From the NCBI RefSeq assembly GCF_006345805.1, contig NW_021827878.1, positions 1 through 9,605 of the forward strand: a DNA stretch of 9,605 bases. Reading direction: 5' to 3'. Position numbers and translations under genes: made by a program. Under the pieces are notes generated by a model. It had not been told where the DNA came from. It worked only from the letters and a program-made list of their open reading frames with translations, and searched no databases. Origin of the DNA: Octopus sinensis. Taxonomy: Eukaryota. Positions 1 through 7,846 of this stretch are shown piece by piece. The stretch's first letter is position 1. Every line of letters starts with the position of its first letter.

Positions 1-175
1 TTGTGCATCAGGTGTTTGGTTGATATTTCCTGCTCCTGATTTGCTGGATTGCAAACGCAGACCCTTCAAAGTGGGAGGTAGTAATCCGGCTATTAGCCCA
101 TGATAGACTGTTTTGATGATCGATGTTACTATCATCACGGAGCTTTCTATTGACATATCTATGCATAGTCTTCTG
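1..175 (-). mobile_element. Decayed fragment of a non-LTR retrotransposon ORF, resembling the region between RT and the CCHC/restriction-like endonuclease of R4/Dong-type elements
   Basis: Minus strand reads QKTMHRYVNRKLRDDSNIDHQNSLSWANSRITTSHFEGSAFAIQ. Removing an 8 nt near-duplication (36-43) continues the frame as EQEISTKHLMH. The K.MHG...ID...S..W......EG...AIQEQ.I.TK pattern is one I recognise from R4/Dong-like ORFs. The fragment runs off the window edge. Confidence 0.6.
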
Positions 176-251
176 TCCATGTATGTATGTATGTTTGGAT
201 GGATGGATGTATGTATTTATGTATGTATGGATGGATGGATGGATACATGTG

Positions 252-283
<32 letters not shown>

Positions 284-419
284 TGTATGTATGTATTTGT
301 GTGTGTATGTATGCTTGTCTGTATGTATGTATATGTGTATGTCTCTATATATGTGTGTAAGCATGTAGTATGTGTATGGATGTGTGCATGTATGTATAAT
401 GTGTGTATTTGTATGTGTG
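176..419. repeat. Compound microsatellite (TATG)n/(TGGA)n/(TG)n
   Basis: Directly visible tetranucleotide and dinucleotide tracts; source of ORFs 113..433, 123..368 and most of 8..364. Confidence 0.95.
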
Positions 420-512
420 TGACTGAAGATTAGAGGCTTCGAATGACCCGTCCGTTTTTTTTGTATCGTCTATTTGAATGTTTTGCGTTCTTGTCCCATT
501 TTGTATTTTTAT
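420..512 (+). repeat. Direct repeat, copy 1
   Basis: tgactgaagattagaggcttcgaatgacccgtccg...cgttcttgtcccattttgtattttta; differs from copy 2 mainly in T-run lengths. Confidence 0.95.
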
Positions 513-599
513 ATATATTTTTTATACATATGTTATCGCGGCGTACGTACAGCTTGTTCTCTTATATGTATGTAAGCATTTCACTAAACTTTGTACGAC

Positions 600-912
600 T
601 TCTACACACACTTTCTCGGTCTTTCTCACTTTGTACTTCACTTGTCTCTGTCTTTCTCTTTTCTCGCCTCTTTGATTCTTTGGTCTCCTCTTTCCCCACT
701 CTCTCACATTTCTCTGCCTCTCTTACTTTGCACTTCACTGACCCTGCCTTTCTTTTGTCCCGCCAATCCTTGGGACGCTCTCTTTCTTCTCCCCCTCCTT
801 AATTCCTTCTTTCTCTCTCTTCTCCCCCTCCTTAATACCTTTGTCCCTCTTTTTCTCTCTCTTCTCCCTCTCTTTAATTCCTTTGCCCCTTTTTTCTCTC
901 TCTTCTCTTCTC
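600..912 (+). repeat. Polypyrimidine tract containing three degenerate ~40 bp units (ctctcttctccccctccttaattcctt-like, ~781-905)
   Basis: Strong C/T bias on the + strand; the unit cores ccttaattcc, ccttaatacc and ctttaattcc recur. Confidence 0.8.
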
Positions 913-1284
913 ACATAACCGCCGGTCAACTATAGCCTCTCGGCTTCTGACCAGCGCCACGACAACATCGATCTTTTCGTCTGCCGTAAGGCATTAATTT
1001 TTCAAATACGCCAGTTAAGTTGAACTGTCTAAAGTCGAAAGACGCCTGTTGTTTTTGTCCTGCTATTATTATCATTATTGTTTTTTTTTATTTATATTCG
1101 TATTGCTTTTTGCTTTTTGTATTTATATTCGTGTAACATCGTCCGTTTTTCTGTCCTTGTTTCGTATACATTCGATCCTTTTCCCAAGAAATATAATGCT
1201 CGTAGTTTAGTTTTTCCTTGGGGCTAGCCAGATCGGAGCAATCTCAAGATTAATCAGCCGAAATTGCGAGGATGATCCGGTTCT

Positions 1285-1380
1285 TGACTGAAGATTAGAG
1301 GCTTCGAATGACCCGTCCGTTTTTATTTTGTATCGTCTATTTGAATGTTTTTGCGTTCTTGTCCCATTTTGTATTTTTAT
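1285..1380 (+). repeat. Direct repeat, copy 2
   Basis: Matches 420-512 almost base for base. Confidence 0.95.
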
Positions 1381-1411
1381 ACATATATATATGTTACATA
1401 TATATATATAT

Positions 1412-1458
<47 letters not shown>

Positions 1459-1480
1459 TATACGTGTATGTGTGTATATT
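1381..1480. repeat. (TA)n microsatellite
   Basis: Directly visible. Confidence 0.95.
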
Positions 1481-1552
1481 TGTGAGTATCTGTTGTTTTA
1501 TGTGTCTGTGCAGTAAGTTTGTGTGTGAAGAAGAAGAGAAATTCAGATATTC

Positions 1553-1602
1553 GGTTCAGTCTCACTTTGTGGCACCTGGGCGAGTGGTCGTCTTCTGCAG
1601 CC
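1553..1602 (+). mobile_element. Degraded fragment of the SINE head seen at 4823-5262
   Basis: ggttcagtctcactttgtggcacctgggcgagt...tcttctgcagcc aligns loosely with ggttcagtcccgctgtgtgacaccttgggcaaatatcttctactgtagcc (4873-4922). Confidence 0.5.
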
Positions 1603-1879
1603 GGGGACAGACCTATAGCTTTAAACAAACGATATATTAGTTAATTGCTTAGATAACTTATCAATAGACAGGTAATAAAGAAGTGAAACTGAACCAGCGC
1701 ATGTGTTTATTATTCACGTAATGACCTTCCCTGGCAACAAGATTTGTTTCAACACACGAGTTGATATTAATAATCTTGCAAACCAAATAGAAAAACGAAA
1801 TGTGTGTGTGTATGTGTGTTCATGATATGTATGTTTATATACATGTGTGTGTGTGAGTGCGCGTGTATATATATATATG

Positions 1880-2572
1880 GGATCTTTACCTTTTGACCGA
1901 CAGTTTTAAAAAATAATTTCTTGTAACTGAATACTTTCAAACTTCGGACACTGGTAGAATGTGTCATATAAAACATCTTCGCATTTTTGAGAAAAAAACA
2001 TATTTACGAAGTAATTTCACGTTAAAGTTGTCCTATTTCGGTAATTTCTATCAATCAATGACGTGTATTCAGCTGAATAAAATTACTGCTGTTGTTTGTC
2101 AACAATAACTTCCGGCGGTGTATATTTCGTTTGTCACTGTTATTTATGACAACCCTAACCCTAAAACCCTAACCTAACCCTATCATCCTAACCCTAACCC
2201 TAAAACCCTAACCCTAAAACCCTAACCCTAACCCTAACCCTAACCCTAACCCTAAAACATTAAAGCTAAAACCAGTACAAAAGCACAAATGACGTCATAA
2301 ATAACAGTGACAAACGAAAAATACACTGCCGATAGTTGTTGTTGACAAACAACGGCAGTAATTTTATTCAGCTGAATACACGTCATTGATTGGTTGAAAT
2401 TACCGAAATACGACTACTTTAACATGAAATAACTTCGCAAATATAAGTTTTTCTCAAAAATGCTAAGAGTAAAAGATGTTTTATATGACACATTCTACCA
2501 GTGTCCGAAGTTTGAAAGTGTTTAGTTACAAAAAATTATTTTTTAAATCTGTACGTCAAAAGGTAAAGATCC
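1880..2572. mobile_element. Fold-back element: ~271/279 bp inverted arms around a telomere-like core
   Basis: Arms 1880-2150 and 2294-2572 are reverse complements (about 90% by eye, one ~8 nt indel). Both begin GGATCTTTACCTTTTGAC, and both flanks are TA-rich. Confidence 0.9.
2151..2258. repeat. Interstitial telomere-like repeat (CCCTAA)n with CCCTAAAA variants
   Basis: Six perfect tandem CCCTAA units at 2220-2255 plus degenerate units upstream. TTAGGG is the common metazoan telomere repeat. Confidence 0.95.
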
Positions 2573-3077
2573 AATATATGTCCATAAAGTCGCAATGAAA
2601 TCTGTCATTCGCCTTTCCTGCATAACAGCTTTAAAATACTGTCACTAATAACACGCTGAATTAAAACCAAACATGACAGATTTTATTTAACGAGATACCC
2701 TTTATAACATCACCCGAGGAGATGCATCTACACCGAGGGATGCACCACAATCAGTTGTACATTATCCTACCCACAAGGAATCGATGCAGGATGCGTCGAA
2801 ACGATCGTTGTGAATAATAAAGCTTCTTGTATATCCATTTTCCCTTTCTGTTATTTGTTGTGTGTGTGTGTGTAGAATAGGTAGGGTTTAGGCTACTGGT
2901 AATCTAAGCTAATAAGTACGCTGCCTGAGTGGTCCACTTGATAAGCTACTAGGGTCCAAGTTCACAACGGGGGACTGGAATTAGGGATCCATAGCCTACT
3001 CACGAGTCAGCGGGTATAAATTAAAGGACGACGAAAAGAAAATCTCGGCAGGAAAAGCTTATCAGATCATTTAAATT

Positions 3078-3173
3078 AACGTTTTTTCAAACATTTTTTT
3101 TTTTTTGTCGCGACCCATTTTATTTACCTCGCACCCACTGAAGGGTTCAGGACCCACAGTTTGAAAAATGCTG
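3078..3173. mobile_element. Small hAT(Charlie)-like MITE remnant, copy 1
   Basis: Ends aacgttttttcaaac...gtttgaaaaatgctg are imperfect inverted repeats. The internal gtcgcgaccca and gacccacagtttga motifs resemble hAT/Charlie-type MITE termini. Confidence 0.5.
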
Positions 3174-3197
3174 GATATTCTGCATTTTGCACCCTCT

Positions 3198-3293
3198 TGC
3201 GTTTTTTTTTTTTTCTTTCTTTCCTTCATCTTGTCGTGACCTATTTTCTCACAACCCACTGAAGAGTCGGGAGCCAGAGTTTGAAAAATGCTG
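3198..3293. mobile_element. Small hAT(Charlie)-like MITE remnant, copy 2
   Basis: gtcgtgacctatttt...acccactgaagagtcgggagccagagtttgaaaaatgctg parallels 3107-3173. Confidence 0.45.
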
Positions 3294-3414
3294 ATGGCGA
3301 ATTATTTAAAGGATTTGATAAGCTTAGCTTGCCTTGATTTGTTTTCCTCTTCCTTTAAAACACACACACACACACACACACAGATATTTATATATACTTT
3401 ATTTAAAAGTAGCA

Positions 3415-3476
3415 GTTCCCGTTCGTCGGACAGTTTTGTTAAAACATTTTAACAAAACTGTCCGACGAACGGGAAC
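3415..3476. repeat. Perfect palindrome: 30 bp arms with a 2 nt loop
   Basis: gttcccgttcgtcggacagttttgttaaaa-ca-ttttaacaaaactgtccgacgaacgggaac. Confidence 0.98.
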
Positions 3477-3597
3477 GTGAACTCTGAGTAACAGCTTTTT
3501 GTTATATTTCTGCTGCTTTTGAATAAAACATATTACTCTACCTCTGGTATTTGATTACTCTTTTTTCCACCTTGTTTCACATTATGTGTTTACTCCG

Positions 3598-3619
3598 GTA
3601 TATACATACATACATACAT

Positions 3620-3674
<55 letters not shown>

Positions 3675-3721
3675 ATATATGTATGTATGTATATATTGTA
3701 TGTATATATATATATATATAT

Positions 3722-3773
<52 letters not shown>

Positions 3774-3787
3774 TATAATATATATAT
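3598..3787. repeat. (TA)n/(TACA)n microsatellite
   Basis: Directly visible. Confidence 0.95.
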
Positions 3788-3998
3788 GCTTTGCGTATTT
3801 CTGTGTTCTTGTCCCCTACCAGTGTTAGTTTGTACCCTGAACCAAGCGGTTCGGCAAAAAAGTCAGATAGAAACAGTATCAGGCTAAAAAAAAAAAAATA
3901 ATAATATAGTACTGATGTCGGTTCGTTCGAGTAAAACGCTTCAAGACGGTGCCCCAGTATGGCCGCAGTCCAATAACTGGAACAAGTAAAAGGTAAAA
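3788..3998 (+). mobile_element. 3' half of the SINE family seen at 4823-5262 (diverged copy)
   Basis: Shares agcggttcggcaaaa, gatagaa..agta, A-rich linker, gacggtgccccagtatggccgcagtc and acaagtaaaa with 5097-5245. Confidence 0.85.
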
Positions 3999-4296
3999 CC
4001 ATCTAAACACTAAAAACATGCAAGAATCCGCACATACCGTCACACGTATTCCACGTATACACACACACTCATATGTATTCAGACATACGTACATAAAACA
4101 TACACGCACCACTTTCTCACACACACTCACTCATGTATACAGACATACTTACATAAAACATACGCGCGCACACACACACTTACACACATAAAAATAACAA
4201 CACAGAATAGAGGATATAAGGCTTTGAAAGTAGATCACTACATTTGTTTCTGCATTGTACACCAGCATTAAGTTGTTGAGCGTGCATTCATATACC

Positions 4297-4824
4297 TATT
4301 TCTTTATTACCCACAAGGGGCTAAACATAGAAGGGACAAACAAGGACAGATATCGACCCCGAAAGGATGAATGGCAATGTCGACCTCGGTAGAATTTGAA
4401 CTCAGAACGTAACGCAGACGAAATACTATTTCTTTATTACCCACAAGGGGCTAAACACAGAGGGGACAAACAAGGACACAAACGGATTAAGTTGATTACA
4501 TCGACCCCAGTGCGTAACTGGTACTTAATTATCGACCCCGAAAGGAAATGGCATGTCGACCTCGGCAGAATTTGAACTCAGAACGTAGTGGCAGACGAAA
4601 TACCATTTCTTTATTATCCACAAGGGGCTAAACACATTGGGGACAAACAAGGACAGACTAGGTATTAAGTCGATTCACATCGACCCCAGTGCGTAACTGG
4701 TACTAATTTATCGACCCCGAAAGGATGAAAGGCAAAGTCGACCTCGGCGGAATTTGACTCACAACGTAACGGCAGACGAAATACCGCTAAGCATTTCGCC
4801 CGGCGTGCTAACGTTTCTGCCAGC
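4297..4824 (-). mobile_element. tRNA-derived SINE with a Nin/Deu-like central domain, as one head plus three tandem body units
   Basis: Head at 4785-4824 (A-box-like gctggcagaaacgttagc on the minus strand). Units are 4604-4784, 4427-4603 and 4297-4426 (the last with a ~50 bp internal deletion). The B-box-like gagttcaaattc is clear in two units and has a 1 nt deletion in the head-proximal unit. The core gtcgactttgcctttcatcctttcggggtcgataaatt-agtaccag resembles the Nin/Deu SINE domain. Confidence 0.85.
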
Positions 4825-5262
4825 AGGCGTGGTTGTGTGGTAAGCAGCTTGTTTCTCAATCACATGCTCCCGGGTTCAGTCCCGCTGTGTGACACCTTGG
4901 GCAAATATCTTCTACTGTAGCCTCGGGCCGACCAAGGCCTTGTGAGTGGATTCGGTAAACGGAAACTGAAAGAAGCCCATCGTATAAATATATATATGTA
5001 TGTGCGTGTGTATGTGTCTTTGTGTCTGTGTTTCTTCCCCCCCCCTCGAACACCTCTTGACAACCAGTGCTGGTGTGTTTACGTTTCCATAACTTAGCGG
5101 TTCGGCAAAAGACACCGACAGAATAAGTACCCGGCTTTAAAAAAACCCAAAAAAAACAAAGTACTAGGGACGATACATTCGACCAAAAATTCTGCAAGGT
5201 GGTGCTCGAGCATGGTCGCAGTCTTATGAGTGAAACAAGTAAAAAATAAAAGATAAAAGATA
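4823..5262 (+). mobile_element. Near full-length tRNA-derived SINE with an internal TA/TG microsatellite and (AAAAGAT)-like tail
   Basis: A-box-like tggttgtgtgg (4830-4840) and B-box-like ggttcagtccc (4873-4883), followed by ccttgggcaa as in CORE-type SINEs. Related copies lie at 3788-3998 and 1553-1602. Confidence 0.85.
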
Positions 5263-5397
5263 TACAAGAATAATACAACACGAAGATGGAAGATATGAAA
5301 CTTTAATATGTATATTACATTTGTTTCTGCACCGTACACCAGCTTTAAGTCGCTGATTTTACATTTACCCTTATACAAGATCTTTATCATTAATATA

Positions 5398-5806
5398 CGG
5401 ATCTTTTCGGTTTGAACGGCAGTTTTTTAAAATAATTTCCACGTAACTAAACACTTTTAAACTTCGTATACTGGTAGAATGTGTTTATAAAACATCTTTT
5501 TATCTTGGCTTTATTGAGAAAATTCTATAGTTTGTAAGATATTTGTTGTTGTTTTTCTTCAATTTATGCAATTTCAACCAATCAATGACGTCTATTGAGG
5601 TGAAAACATTACATGCCGTATGTGTCCCTCGTTTAAGAAACAGATTGGGTTTATTTACATTTGTGAAGAAAAGAAAATACCCTTCCCCCCACCCATAACC
5701 CTAAAATAGATTGAAATGCAATAGATCGATACTAGGGTCATAATTATGGGTGACAATTTCATATGACACCGCTAGAAAAAACTGCCGTTCAAACCGAAAA
5801 GATCCG
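5398..5806. mobile_element. MITE with perfect 31 bp TIRs, related to the 1880-2572 element
   Basis: cggatcttttcggtttgaacggcagtttttt (5398-5428) is the exact reverse complement of 5776-5806. 5399-5592 aligns with the arm of 1880-2572. A cccataaccctaaaa remnant lies at ~5692-5706. Confidence 0.9.
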
Positions 5807-6198
5807 ATCTTTATAATTACTATACATTTGAATATACTCAATTTCCTAGCCTCAGGTCAGATCTCGTTGAACAAAGGTTTCCGAGCCGTAATCATTCCCA
5901 ACTGTTTTATACAAATTAGACAAATTGGATTATTTATATTAGGACTATATCGGCCAGTATTTCCTTTATTAACTTACCGTAGTGTGTGGTCAGAAAATTT
6001 GGCTTCTATTTCTAGCAGATGAGTGTCACATTTGCTTTTTGTTTCGTGTGTGAGTGTATACACTTATGGTGTCCCAAGACAAAGTAGAAATTATTTATAG
6101 ATGCTTTATACTCGAAAATCTGAAGATTACGGAACAGCGAATGCGAATGGGGACAGCAAAAATGTGTACACACACGCTAAAACATATTTATACATACA

Positions 6199-6393
<195 letters not shown>

Positions 6394-6433
6394 AAATATA
6401 TGTAAATATATATGTATGTACGTATATGTATGT

Positions 6434-6931
6434 ATAATGTAATAAATAAAATATATGCATACATACATACATATATGTACGTACCTACATCTACATGTGT
6501 ATATACATGCATATATAAATATATATATATGACACCAAAAAATAGACTAGAACTCAACGAGAACGAAACCATAAACAGAGAAAACGGCCTTTTTTTAAAA
6601 ACGAAAAAAAATACAGAACACAGGACAAACAGCACAAGGAAATTCCCCTTCATCAGCTGTCCCCGGTTCGACTCCATGCGTGTTTCGAACGAACCGGGGA
6701 CAGCTGTTGAAGGGGAATGTTCCTTGTGTAGTTTGTCCTGTGTTCTGTTTTTTCGTTGTCAAAAAAAGTCCGTTCCCTTGTATTTATGTTTTCGTTTCTC
6801 GTTGAGTTCTACGTCTATTTGTGGTGTCCTATATATATATTTATATATGCATGTATATATACATGTAGATGTGTATGTACGTACATATATGTATGTATGT
6901 ATGTATGCATATATTTTATTTATTACATTAT
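6434..6931. repeat. Long inverted repeat: ~240 bp arms with a 19 nt spacer; probably an inverted duplication of a retroelement end
   Basis: 6434-6670 and 6690-6931 are reverse complements. The innermost cagctgtccccggttcg / cgaaccggggacagctg is perfect, and the middle of the arms has scattered substitutions. Confidence 0.92.
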
Positions 6932-6987
6932 TGTATGACTGAGCGCCCTCGCGTCGTTTCGTTTCGTTCTTTCCTTTCTCCCAGTAT

Positions 6988-6998
6988 GTTTTTATATG

Positions 6999-7055
<57 letters not shown>
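6988..7055. repeat. (TA)n(TG)n microsatellite
   Basis: Directly visible. Confidence 0.95.
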
Positions 7056-7304
7056 ATCTATATAATAGGGAACGAAAATGACAGTTCTAGAGACAGTGAA
7101 GAGGAGAGAGAGATTGTGAAAAAAAAAAACAAAGAATAGATATGCTTTTCTACCCCTCTCTCTCTCGCTTCACCACATTCTTGCAGTCCTCTCCACTTCT
7201 TCAGTTCTTCAGTTCTTCGCCTGCCTGCCTGACTGACTGTCTGCTCGCCAGCAGGGCAAAGCCGGCAGTTCGGCTGGACGGTCTGTCGGATGGTCTTTCA
7301 GCTT

Positions 7305-7471
7305 CGGTGATGATGATGATGATGATGATGGCGAAGATGTTGGTGACTGCGGCGTTGGTAGTGGTGGTGGTGGTGGTGGTGGTGGTGGTGGTGGTGGTAT
7401 TCGTAGACGCTGTTGATGGCGACGATGTGGGGGGGGAGGGGATGAGAGTTTTTAATGATGGTGCTGGTGCT

Positions 7472-7502
<31 letters not shown>

Positions 7503-7809
7503 ACGGTCACAACGGATGTGGTGTTACTGACGGTGTCGGTGTCGGTGGTGGTGGTGGTGGTGGTGGTGACGATGATCGTAGCTGCGGTGATGGTGGTGGT
7601 GGTGATGCTGTTGATGATGTTGACGTTGGCATGTGACATCGGCATCGGCAAGCAACGTCAGGCGGCTCGAACAGTCGCGTGAGGGGCACGCGCCGACTAC
7701 CGCCAATCCTTCCCCTCCCCTACCCTTCATCTTTCAGCCGTCTCCGGTTTAATACCACCACTATTGCTACTGCCACCACCACCACCACCACCACCAACAA
7801 CACCATCAG

Positions 7810-7846
<37 letters not shown>

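Larger units (their letters stand above)
420..1380 (+). mobile_element. Putative non-autonomous retroelement (~960 bp) bounded by ~95 bp direct repeats; superfamily uncertain (Penelope-like or TRIM-like)
   Basis: 420-512 and 1285-1380 are near-identical direct repeats, each followed by TA-rich sequence. The interior is non-coding and pyrimidine-rich. Orientation and class are inferred. Confidence 0.5.

Noticed and set aside
1225-1270. Minus-strand hammerhead (gcaatt-tcgg-CTGATTA-atctt-GAGA-ttgc)
   Set aside because: Both core words deviate from CUGANGA and GAAA, and stems I and II are missing.
1726-1738. RFX X-box-like cttccctggcaac
   Set aside because: A single imperfect match with no promoter context; expected by chance in 9.6 kb.
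2151-2258. True chromosome end or telomere fusion site
   Set aside because: The array is short, has one orientation only and is embedded between the arms of an element with a relative at 5398-5806.
4068-4171. Two ~43 bp copies of actcat..gtat.cagacatac.tacataaaacatac
   Set aside because: A real but ordinary local duplication within CA-rich low-complexity sequence.
4297-4784. CRISPR array or tRNA gene cluster
   Set aside because: The units are 130-181 bp full-length repeats with no unique spacers, and no complete cloverleaf can be drawn. A SINE explains them.
4239-5356. Duplicated coding exon reading LNNLMLVYNAETNV / ISDLKLVYGAETNV (also reminiscent of the LINE YGAETW motif)
   Set aside because: All five differences in the 41 nt core are non-synonymous in this frame, the W is absent, and splice signals are weak.
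5971-6122. Minus-strand exon between tcttcag (acceptor, ~6120) and a strong ggtaagt donor (~5972-5978)
   Set aside because: All three frames contain stops across the full interval. A shorter exon ([28 protein letters not shown]) is possible, but it has a weak acceptor and no recognisable homology. RNA-seq would be needed.
6655-6680. tRNA-Val gene (gtccccggttcga matches its T-arm region)
   Set aside because: No acceptor stem, D-arm, anticodon arm or upstream A-box is present.
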